Of a DNA stretch of 64,000 nucleotides, positions 8,366-16,441 are shown piece after piece. Made by a program: the position numbers and the translations under genes. The notes beneath the pieces are model-generated. The model was not told the DNA's origin. It did not search any database and saw only the letters and a program-made list of their open reading frames with translations. Numbering within the stretch: the stretch's first letter is position 1; each line of letters opens with the position of its first letter. The stretch comes from an uncultured Methanomassiliicoccales archaeon (GTDB taxonomy: Archaea; Thermoplasmatota; Thermoplasmata; Methanomassiliicoccales; Methanomethylophilaceae): NCBI GenBank assembly GCA_964499845.1, contig CAZCMJ010000001.1, positions 1,439 to 65,438 on the forward strand, given 5' to 3'.

Positions 8366-9496
8366 TCAGAGATCTTCCCTTTCGGAGATGGTCTCCCTGA
8401 GGTCCCTGAACGGATCCAGGAACACATACCTCATCGAGCGGGTGCGACCTTCTTTCACCAGGATGCCCCCGTCCACCAGTTCCTCCAATATCCTCTTGAC
8501 CTTGGAGCTGCCCAACACAGTCCATCCGGCCGCATCATTCACTGTGAACGGTCCGGACACCTTCGCCTTGGAGACGATGGCACGGGTGTTTTCATCCATG
8601 TCCTTGAGCAGGTCCTTTTCCGAGAAGGATTCCACCGCCTCCCTGTATGCACAGAGGAGGGATTCGGTGAAATAACCGATCAGCGGGGTGTAATTGCCTG
8701 TGAGGTCCGTATAGGACATCAGGTTGTAGTATGTGACCGGATCGGAGAGCATCTTCTCCTCGAACTTGCAGAGGTTGCAGCTCCTGAGCCCCTGTTGTTC
8801 CAGGAGTGTTTGGAAGAGCACCCTCCCGGTACGTCCATTCCCATCAAGGAACGGGTGTATGCTCTCGAACTCATGGAAGAACAATGTGGCCGTCACGATG
8901 TCCTCGAACGGCGACGAGTTCACATTCTCCATCAGGGAGGTCAGTTCATCCTGTACCGATGATGTGGGGCATGCGATGAAGTATTCCGTACCATCCGATC
9001 CTCTGACACAAACATCCCTTCTGCGGATGGTACCCGGTTCGATGTCCCCTACACCGGTCATCAGACGTCTGTGAACGTAAAGCACCGTTCCTTTGTCCCA
9101 TGGGAGGTCCAGTTTGTCACGGAACAGGAATCCCAGATGGTTCAGGATCTCCTGGCTGGGGCCGTTGGGACTTTCCCTCACCATGCCTGATGTGAATTCC
9201 GTCGCAAGGGTCCTGACCTCTTCCAATGTCATCCTGTTTCCCTCGATCCTTGTCGACCAATGGGTGTTGGAGGCATATGCATCCAGAACAAGGTCGCGAT
9301 AGTCGTTCTCATTGAGGAGGTATCCGCCCAATTCTGAATCCAACATGCGGATCTCTCTGAACATCCTCTTCAGTTCCGGGGTAAGGGACACCACGGGATA
9401 GAACGGCACCTTCCTCCTGTGTACGATGGGGAATCGTATGGGTCTGTACATCGAGTAGTCGCTTTTACCTTGTTTTTGAGGTATATTAGGATACAT
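8366..9496 (-). CDS. Fic-family protein (class II, internal inhibitory motif) with C-terminal wHTH
   Basis: Fic motif HPFLDGNGRTGR at nt 8822-8857. N-terminal S-x-x-x-E-G inhibitory motif STRIEG at nt 9239-9256. The C-terminus is wHTH-like. The start may instead be Met16 (nt 9451), given the TATA position. Confidence 0.85.
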   Translation of the reverse strand: MYPNIPQKQGKSDYSMYRPIRFPIVHRRKVPFYPVVSLTPELKRMFREIRMLDSELGGYLLNENDYRDLVLDAYASNTHWSTRIEGNRMTLEEVRTLATEFTSGMVRESPNGPSQEILNHLGFLFRDKLDLPWDKGTVLYVHRRLMTGVGDIEPGTIRRRDVCVRGSDGTEYFIACPTSSVQDELTSLMENVNSSPFEDIVTATLFFHEFESIHPFLDGNGRTGRVLFQTLLEQQGLRSCNLCKFEEKMLSDPVTYYNLMSYTDLTGNYTPLIGYFTESLLCAYREAVESFSEKDLLKDMDENTRAIVSKAKVSGPFTVNDAAGWTVLGSSKVKRILEELVDGGILVKEGRTRSMRYVFLDPFRDLRETISEREDL

Positions 9497-9526
9497 TTAT
9501 GACTCTTATATTTAAAATTATTCTGA

Positions 9527-9563
9527 TTAATGTATGTTGATATCTGATATTAACACATATTAA
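9527..9563. promoter_or_regulatory. 37-bp AT-rich imperfect palindrome between the 138-aa ORF stop and the Fic promoter
   Basis: TTAATGTATGTTGATATC-T-GATATTAACACATATTAA; 15 of 18 arm positions are complementary. It overlaps the TAA stop at 9560-9562 and lies just upstream of a TTTAAATATA TATA-like box for Fic. Confidence 0.4.
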
Positions 9564-9976
9564 TCCAAAATGATGGCCTCAACAGGCCCCTTCAGCAGCA
9601 GGTCCTCGGCATACCTCCGGAACCCTTCATCCCCGGGTTCACCGTGTACGGATATGCGGATGGTCCTGAGATTCACGGACTCCTTGTCCAAGGGTGTGTT
9701 GTGCCCGGCATCGGTGAACGACTGGAGTATGTTGGAGATGCGTTCCATGGCCTTCCTCATGGGCATGGAGAACTGGGCATCGGTCACGCTGGTGTGTACT
9801 TCCAATGTGTCGCACATCAGGATTTCCCCGATCAGTGGCGTGAGGTCATCGTCGATGGAGCACCTCCCCATACCATCGGAGATGCATCCGGCACATCCCA
9901 CGCATCTGCGCACCCTGCCGGTGACGCGGAAACCCTCATCCGAGGGGAGATCGGTCAGCACGAACCTGTGTTCCAT
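9560..9976 (-). CDS. hypothetical protein resembling an N-terminally truncated flavodoxin-fold (iron-sulfur flavoprotein / NADPH-FMN reductase-like) protein
   Basis: CVGCAGCISDGMGRCSIDDDLTPLIGEILMCDTLEVHTSV parallels the C-x-G-C-x-x-C...G-x-C-x-I-x-DD...aD-x-I segment of that family. The N-terminal FMN-loop region is missing. Confidence 0.4.
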   Translation of the reverse strand: MEHRFVLTDLPSDEGFRVTGRVRRCVGCAGCISDGMGRCSIDDDLTPLIGEILMCDTLEVHTSVTDAQFSMPMRKAMERISNILQSFTDAGHNTPLDKESVNLRTIRISVHGEPGDEGFRRYAEDLLLKGPVEAIILD

Positions 9977-10229
9977 GCTGACGGATGCCCATGTCGGTAT
10001 AAAGGGCTGCGGTCACTCGAAGAATGACAGGATGGTGTTGACCTCGGGGCTCTGTCTGTTGCGGTAGTCCCTGTGGCGGTCCGTTCTGCTGTCTGTCCTC
10101 ATATCCCTCAGATGCTGTCTGGGCAGGGGGATGAGCACGGTCTGCTGGTATGTCATCGCTTTCACTCCTGTCTCCGGCATGAACCTTCGACAGTCACTAT
10201 ATGGGCGAAGTAGTATAATTACTGCTGGC

Positions 10230-10283
10230 TGTAATGCCTGTAATGATTGTAATAAAGGTAGTACGGGTAATGTTTGTCATCGA
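10230..10283. repeat. six tandem 9-bp units, consensus KGTMRT-NNN
   Basis: TGTAATGCC TGTAATGAT TGTAATAAA GGTAGTACG GGTAATGTT TGTCATCGA, read directly from the sequence. The array lies between the stop of the 283-aa regulator gene and a TATA-like AATTATACTA on the minus strand. Confidence 0.55.
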
Positions 10284-10321
10284 AGGGGTTTGGTGCGGGC
10301 CTCTATGACCCGCATGGATCA

Positions 10322-11173
10322 TCACTCCTCCCTGAGGTCCTCCTCGATGGTGTCCGTGTGGAAGGTGTCGATGATGTTCAGACCCTCGGCGGTCAGGACG
10401 TACCTGTTCCTTAGGTCCTCCCTGGTGACCCAATCGTTGGCCACCCACTTGTTGATGAAGTCCCTCTGGTAATACACGGCCTCGGTCTGGCGCTGGGTGG
10501 ACTTCCTGTCGGGGTTGTCGGTGACGGTGTCCCTGAACCAGATGCCCTTGGCGTGGAGGGCGGCGATCATGTGACCGCTGGTGGTGGACTCCCCACGTTC
10601 GTTCTTGGCGTTGAGGATCCTGAGTCCCCTGACCAGGTGCCTCTCGGGGATGTCGATGGAGTAGCTGGGGAGGGTGCGGGGGTCGTAGGTGGACTTGGTG
10701 AGTCCAACGGGCTTCCCGTCGATGAAGTAGGTATCCTCGATCCTCTCCCTGTTCACGGTGTACTCCCTGCTGCCGACGGAGAAGGGTATGGTGCCGGGCA
10801 TCATCATGGATGCGATGGCGGATGCGGCCGCGTACTCGGAGGTTCCGGAGGAGATGTTAACGAAGATCTCGCAGGCCTCCTTGTTCTCGTCCATCTCCCT
10901 GCGGATGATCTCCAGGACGGTCCTGAGCATGGCGGTGAAGTCGCTGACCTTCTCGTTGTGCTCCACGACCTCGACCTTCCTGGGCGTGCCGCCGATGATC
11001 TCCAGGACCCTCTCGTAGAAGGAGTTGTAGATGTTGTCCGGCTGTTCCGGGTCCTTGACGTAGTGGATGATGTGGGCCTTGTTGATTTCGTAGTATTCGA
11101 TGGGGTCCGTGACCTTGGAGGTCTCGAACGTGACGCATGCGATCATGATCCTCTTCTTGCGACCGGATGACAT
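10322..11173 (-). CDS. CARF-like Rossmann domain plus C-terminal wHTH regulator (resembles HFX_2341/DUF6293-type archaeal regulators)
   Basis: 283-aa ORF. The N-terminal strand IMIACVTFETSK and VNISSGTSEY resemble the two CARF/Csa3 ligand-pocket motifs. The C-terminal ~90 aa is wHTH-like (HLVRGLRILNAK...YVLTAEGLNII). Confidence 0.6.
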   Translation of the reverse strand: MSSGRKKRIMIACVTFETSKVTDPIEYYEINKAHIIHYVKDPEQPDNIYNSFYERVLEIIGGTPRKVEVVEHNEKVSDFTAMLRTVLEIIRREMDENKEACEIFVNISSGTSEYAAASAIASMMMPGTIPFSVGSREYTVNRERIEDTYFIDGKPVGLTKSTYDPRTLPSYSIDIPERHLVRGLRILNAKNERGESTTSGHMIAALHAKGIWFRDTVTDNPDRKSTQRQTEAVYYQRDFINKWVANDWVTREDLRNRYVLTAEGLNIIDTFHTDTIEEDLREE

Positions 11174-11326
11174 GGGTGTTCACCTTCTGTTGGGGTTGCG
11201 AACGGGGTTTGGATATATAACATATATTTCAGATGATACATGTATTACATTGTAGGGTTATCCGATGGACTCAGAAGGTATCATCCTGGAAGGGGATACG
11301 GTGATGCCGGACAACAAGGTGCCCGG

Positions 11327-13204
11327 TCAGTGCCTTCCGATCCTTTCCCTGATGTGGTCGGACAGTGCCCTGTCGGTGCAGTACACGAAGCATCCCTTCA
11401 TGCCACGGGTCATCAGCACCCTGTAGGTGTTCTTGATGATGCGGTCCGCAATCAGGATCTGTTCCTCCTTGGAATGTTTCCTGAGTCCGTTGAGGGACTT
11501 GTCTGTCTTGGCACGTTTGGAGGCATCGGTGATGATGGTGTTGGTGGAAGGGTCGTATCCCATATCTGGACCTATTATGACACCGACATAGTCGAACTCC
11601 AATCCCTGACAGGTGTGGATGCAACCCGCTTCGTTCACGGAATCTGGGTCGATGGCCCAAGTGGTGGAGTTTCCAAGGTTCCAACTCATCCCGAATCCGT
11701 GTTCAGGTATGGTGATGTCATGGACCTTGCTGTCGTTCTTCCCATCGGGGATCCAGTTCCAGCAGTAACCGGCAACGATCCTGGACCTGTTGTCGACCTT
11801 GTTCCTCCTCTCGATCTCCGCCCTCATCTCGTTGGGGTCGTCGAAGACCCGTATGTCGTAATCGAATGATTCGTCGTATCCGAATGCAGCGGTCTCCCTG
11901 ACCTGGAGGAGGTTGTCCACCCATTCCAGATATCCATCGGAACCGGAGCATCTGAACTGGGAGTCCAGCTCCAGCTCCCTTATGTCGGCACCCTGTTCCA
12001 TTGCGAATCCGCGGATGACGTCCACCGTTCCGATGTCGTCGAGGGTGACCCTCTGGTCCTCGTCGATGAAGAACACGGACAGACGTGACGAACGGATGAT
12101 CTCCTTCACCTGGTTCTCGCCCATGTTCCTGTACAGTCCGCTCCTCTCGTTCAGTCTGTGGGCCTCGTCCACCAGGAGGACGTCGAACGCGTTCTCCGGA
12201 GCGGTTGTGAACTTCCCGGACCCCATGAAGAGGGCGTCGATGCGGCTCTTCCTCATGTTACCCTTGAGCCTGCAGTTGTAGATGTTGCGGGGTGCGGCGT
12301 TCTTGGTGACGTATGCGGCGGAGGAGCCGTCACCTATGAGGGTCGCCAGGATGTTCACCGCCAGGACGGTCTTGCCTGTACCGGGGCCTCCCTTGACGAT
12401 TATCGTCCTCTTGCGGCCTCCCCTGAGGGTGTTCCTGGCGGAGTCCAGGATCTCCTCGAAGACGATCTTCTGGGTGTCGATCATGACGAACTCCCTGTTC
12501 CCATCCATCATGGATGCGAGGACATCCTGCAGGGACCTGGAGGGCCTGAGCCTTCCACGGTCGATCATGAAGATGGTCTCCAGGTTGTCCCCTCTGCGGA
12601 TGATGTCCTCCAGGAACATCCTCAGTCTGTCCCCGTCCCTCTTGCGGAAGACGGGGGCGTCGGAGGTGTACCTGTCGTAGATGGGGTCGAGCAGCGGGTC
12701 CGGTGTACGTTCGAGGTAGTTGTGGAGGCATGCGCAGGGTTGGAGGACCACGTCATGGTCCTGGATGTCGGCGTTGAAGTCGCTGATGGCCATGGCATAG
12801 GACCATGCCTGGTATGAGGGGTGCGTGGTCTCATGGTCCCCTCCGTTGATGAAGGTCCTGACAACACCGTCCTTCCCGGGGACCATCTCCGCCCTCTCCC
12901 ACTGTTTGAGCTCCACGATGACGGCGGAGTTCCTGTCCTGTCCGTCGTAGCCTGAGATGATGAGGTCGACGCGCTTGGATGTGTATGGGATGTTGTACTC
13001 CACGGCTATGCCCACGTCGTCGGGGAGGGATGAGCTGGAGAGGATGGTGCCCATGTATCCGAGGGAGTTGGTCCATGCACGGACCTCCGATTGGGGTGTG
13101 CGGCGTCCGAAGCGCTCCTCTATGGCAGAACCTATCCTGTCCTCGAGCTCACCGTGGAGGATGTCCCCGATGAACTCGCCTTTGGTCCTGCTGTAGATGA
13201 TCAT
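11327..13204 (-). CDS. DUF2075-type nuclease-helicase (PD-(D/E)xK-like N-domain plus SF1 / Schlafen-helicase-like ATPase)
   Basis: 625 aa. E69...D80(LIISG)...E98-L-K100 at nt 12905-12999. Walker A GGPGTGKT at nt 12368-12391. Walker B LLVDEAHR. C-terminal HTCQGLEFDYVGVIIG and VLMTRGMKG motifs. Confidence 0.8.
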   Translation of the reverse strand: MIIYSRTKGEFIGDILHGELEDRIGSAIEERFGRRTPQSEVRAWTNSLGYMGTILSSSSLPDDVGIAVEYNIPYTSKRVDLIISGYDGQDRNSAVIVELKQWERAEMVPGKDGVVRTFINGGDHETTHPSYQAWSYAMAISDFNADIQDHDVVLQPCACLHNYLERTPDPLLDPIYDRYTSDAPVFRKRDGDRLRMFLEDIIRRGDNLETIFMIDRGRLRPSRSLQDVLASMMDGNREFVMIDTQKIVFEEILDSARNTLRGGRKRTIIVKGGPGTGKTVLAVNILATLIGDGSSAAYVTKNAAPRNIYNCRLKGNMRKSRIDALFMGSGKFTTAPENAFDVLLVDEAHRLNERSGLYRNMGENQVKEIIRSSRLSVFFIDEDQRVTLDDIGTVDVIRGFAMEQGADIRELELDSQFRCSGSDGYLEWVDNLLQVRETAAFGYDESFDYDIRVFDDPNEMRAEIERRNKVDNRSRIVAGYCWNWIPDGKNDSKVHDITIPEHGFGMSWNLGNSTTWAIDPDSVNEAGCIHTCQGLEFDYVGVIIGPDMGYDPSTNTIITDASKRAKTDKSLNGLRKHSKEEQILIADRIIKNTYRVLMTRGMKGCFVYCTDRALSDHIRERIGRH

Positions 13205-13470
13205 GAGGGGATTATAGAGTCATAGGAATGTAAAACCATATCGGAGGTTGTATCGTCATCGAGAGGGAAACGATCCGGACTCACAGATATTGGTCGATGA
13301 GGAGCGTCGCAGGTGTGATGCAGAGGTCGTCAGATTGACGAAGAGGATGGCGTCCGAGAGACAACCGCGTCGCAAGAGGGAGTTGTACGAGCGTATAGGG
13401 GAATTGATCGATATGCGTCCGTGATGTGGGGTCCGAGATGAGGTGATGTATTGATAATTCACCGTATTAT

Positions 13471-13619
13471 TTGAACTGTAACTTCAAATTTTACAGATAA
13501 AAAATTAGTATTTATAAATCTTATTGAGTAATTATGATAATATTTATTGAATGTTTAACGTTATTATGAATTGTCAAATATAATCTGAAAAAAATTGAAG
13601 TGCAACTTCAAAATTTACA
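13471..13619. repeat. two 25-bp direct repeats (22/25 identical) in a very AT-rich intergenic patch
   Basis: TTGAACTGTAACTTCAAATTTTACA at 13471-13495 and TTGAAGTGCAACTTCAAAATTTACA at 13595-13619. The second contains the perfect palindrome TTGAAGT-GCA-ACTTCAA and sits at the promoter of the ATPase gene. Confidence 0.6.
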
Positions 13620-13642
13620 TATACTCACTAATCCATCATCCA

Positions 13643-14878
13643 ATGATGATTTCGAGGACCATCATGGATTCGATCGAGGAGAGTCTAAGATTCAAACCTG
13701 TCACTCTCATCACCGGTGCCCGGCAGGTCGGTAAGACCACAATCTGCAAGATCATAGCCGAAAGACATGGATTCGGTTATGTATCTCTTGCTATCGGTTC
13801 GGACAGGGCTATGGCCCTGAGCGATCCGGAACTGTTTCTCCATCTCCATCCTGCTCCTGTGATCATCGACGAGGTCCAATATGCTCCGAAACTCTTCGAT
13901 GTGATAGAGGGGATAGTGGATGAGGAGAAATACAAGAAGGGGTCCAATGCAGGGATGTACATACTCACAGGCAGTCAGGTATACAGTCTGATGCGGGGAG
14001 TCACCCAATCGATGGCCGGCAGGGTCAGTATCATAGAGATGTCCCCCCTCAGCATAAGCGAGATTCTGGGTCGTGAGGAGAGGCCGTTCAAGGTCGACTT
14101 CGAGAATAACATCCATCGTGCCATGGGACACGTTCTGTCTGCGGGCGATGTGTACGGTATGATAGTCCGTGGAGGTTATCCCGAACTCTACAGTCAACCC
14201 GATATGAGGTCGACCAAATTCTATTCCGATTATGTGGACACATATATCGACCGTGATGTATCGGAGTTGATCAATCTCAAGGACAAGCTGAAGTTCAGGC
14301 AGTTCATGGAATATGTTGCATCGATTACCGGTCAGGAATTGGTCTATGACCATATATCCAGTGCTATAGGGGTAAGCATCCATACCGTTCAATCATGGTT
14401 GAGCATCCTCGTTTCAAGCGGTATCGTGCATCTGTTGCAACCGTATTATGAGAGGTCCAATGTGAAGCGGATAGTCAAACGTCCTAAGCTGTACTTCTGT
14501 GACACCGGATTGGCCTGTTATCTCGCCAAGGTCTTCGATCCGGACACGCTTCGTGTGGGGTATCTCGGAGGCCCTATGGTGGAGACATTCATAGTCAACG
14601 AGATCATGAAATCCTATTCAAACAACACTGAAGAGGCCGGATTCTACTACTACCGTGATTCGGAGAAATTCGAGGTGGATCTGTTGATCCTACGTGATGC
14701 AAAGTTGACACTCATCGAGTGTAAGGCAGGACGGGGATACGATCGGACAGATGTGAAGGCATTCTCGAGGCTGGAGAAATCGGATTATGACGTCGGGCCG
14801 TCCTGTCTCATCTGCCTGTCGGACCGTGCGTATCCGTTGACCCCAAATGTCTACGCGTTACCTATATCCTCGATATGA
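13643..14878 (+). CDS. AAA-family ATPase with C-terminal DUF4143-like domain
   Basis: Track ORF 13595-14878, which starts at TTG; ATG 13643 or 13664 is more likely. Walker A GARQVGKTT, Walker B VIIDEVQ, and a long C-terminal region typical of AAA_14/DUF4143 proteins. Confidence 0.8.
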   Translation: MMISRTIMDSIEESLRFKPVTLITGARQVGKTTICKIIAERHGFGYVSLAIGSDRAMALSDPELFLHLHPAPVIIDEVQYAPKLFDVIEGIVDEEKYKKGSNAGMYILTGSQVYSLMRGVTQSMAGRVSIIEMSPLSISEILGREERPFKVDFENNIHRAMGHVLSAGDVYGMIVRGGYPELYSQPDMRSTKFYSDYVDTYIDRDVSELINLKDKLKFRQFMEYVASITGQELVYDHISSAIGVSIHTVQSWLSILVSSGIVHLLQPYYERSNVKRIVKRPKLYFCDTGLACYLAKVFDPDTLRVGYLGGPMVETFIVNEIMKSYSNNTEEAGFYYYRDSEKFEVDLLILRDAKLTLIECKAGRGYDRTDVKAFSRLEKSDYDVGPSCLICLSDRAYPLTPNVYALPISSI

Positions 14879-14916
14879 TTTCCGAACCAAAAGTTCAGTT
14901 TTTGGACATTGATTTC

Positions 14917-14939
14917 AAATGTTCAAAATATGAACATTT
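14917..14939. promoter_or_regulatory. perfect 9-bp inverted repeat upstream of the second ATPase gene
   Basis: AAATGTTCA-AAATA-TGAACATTT, just upstream of the TATA GTTTATATACC (14946-14956) and the ATG at 14977. Confidence 0.45.
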
Positions 14940-14976
14940 CTATCCGTTTATATACCTATAACAACAACATCGTCGT

Positions 14977-16341
14977 ATGAGGGAATTCGTCGGAAGGGAG
15001 AGGGAGCTCTCCCGGCTGGAAGATATATGGAACGGGAGCGGAACAAGGGCCGTAGCGGTCTATGGGCGTCGCCGTATAGGCAAATCCGAACTGCTGAGGC
15101 GTTTTTGCTCTGATAAGCGTTCGGTCTACATCGAATGTGTCATGGGTTCCCTCGCCGACAACATCCACATCATCCACGGTGCCGTCTCCTCCCTGGACGG
15201 GACCGACAGGGATGAACCCGTCCACCTCAACGATGCATTGGCGGAGATCATCGGATGCTGCATGGGGGAGCGTACGGTCGTCGTATTCGACGAGGTCCCG
15301 TACCTCCTGGATGCCGCAGAGCATTTGGGATCCTCGTTACAGCACTTCGTGGATTCCATCGTCCGTGATACGGGATCGATGGTGATCGTCTGCGGATCGT
15401 CCATGTCGGTGATGAGGAGGGAGACCACGGACTATGACCGTCCGTTGTACGGTAGGTTCCCACAGAGGATGGAGGTGGGTCCCCTGTCCTTCAGGGAATG
15501 CCGTTCGTTCCATCCGAGGATGGACCCCGTCGATAATCTGAAGCTGTACCTCACACTGGACGGTGTCCCGAAGTTCCATCTCGACAGGGACACGTCCACC
15601 TATCGGGAGTACATCAAGAGGCATCTCCTGTCACCGGATGCGGACATGGCGGGTGAGGGGAAGGCGATGGTCATGGCCGAGTTCGCCCCCGCGGGGAGGT
15701 ACATGGCCGTCGTCAATGCCGTCTCCGATGGTGCGACGTCGCTGAAGACCATATCCGAACGTACGGGCATACAGCGCACCACATGCTCCAGATGTATAGA
15801 TGAGCTCGTCTCGGTCGGTATACTGGGAACGGTGGAACCTATGATGGGTGCCCCGAAGAGGTCGGTGTAAAGGATTGCCGACCCTATGATGGCATTCTGC
15901 CAGGGGGTTGTAAGGGAATCCAAGGCCTATAGGTTGAGGGGCCCGTCGGACATCTACGATGTGGTCTCGTCGAGGATCGACACCTTCCTCGGGATCAGAT
16001 TCCAGGACCATTGCAGACGGTATGTCGTCGACAACTGGGATTGCATGGCCGCGGGGTCGTGGTGGGGCCCTGATGATGAGGGCACAATCCGTGAGGTGGA
16101 TGTGGTGGCAACGGTGAAGGACGGTTCCTCGTCATACGCTCTTTTCGGAGAATGCAAGTTCCGCAGACTCAGTATGCCGCTGTCCGTCCACAGGGAGTTG
16201 GTTGATGATGTGTCCCTGATAAGGACGGATCTGACGAGACACTACATCCTGTTCTCGATATCGGGCTTCACCGATGAACTGGCTGAGGTGGCCGCGGACG
16301 ATGGTGTGGTGCTCATAGGGCCGGATGAACTTTTGGGCTGA
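14977..16341 (+). pseudogene. archaeal ATPase (Arch_ATPase-like) plus DUF234 gene split by an in-frame TAA
   Basis: Track ORFs 14977-15870 and 15886-16341 share a frame. FVGRERELSRL...VYGRRRIGKSEL is the ATPase N-terminus. TAA at 15868-15870 interrupts ...APKRSV*RIADPMMAFCQGVV, where family members usually read ...Y-x-I-x-D-P-x-x-x-F. Confidence 0.6.
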
Positions 16342-16441
16342 GGGTCGGGGTCTGTATCAGATCAAATACTCAACTCCATGATAAGGGCACAATCACAACA
16401 GATGAATCAATCGCAGGGATGATGATAGAGAAAAACAAAAA

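Noticed and set aside
10131-10472. 113-aa plus-strand ORF spanning the 9-bp repeat array (CNA-CND-CNK-GST-GNV-CHR periodic peptide)
   Set aside because: Its 3' half is antisense to the 283-aa regulator gene. The periodic peptide is a by-product of translating the DNA repeat.
13256-13462. 68-aa minus-strand ORF upstream of the nuclease-helicase gene
   Set aside because: It is Ser/Arg-rich with poor GC3. It looks like the shadow of the better-biased plus-strand small ORF at 13248-13424.
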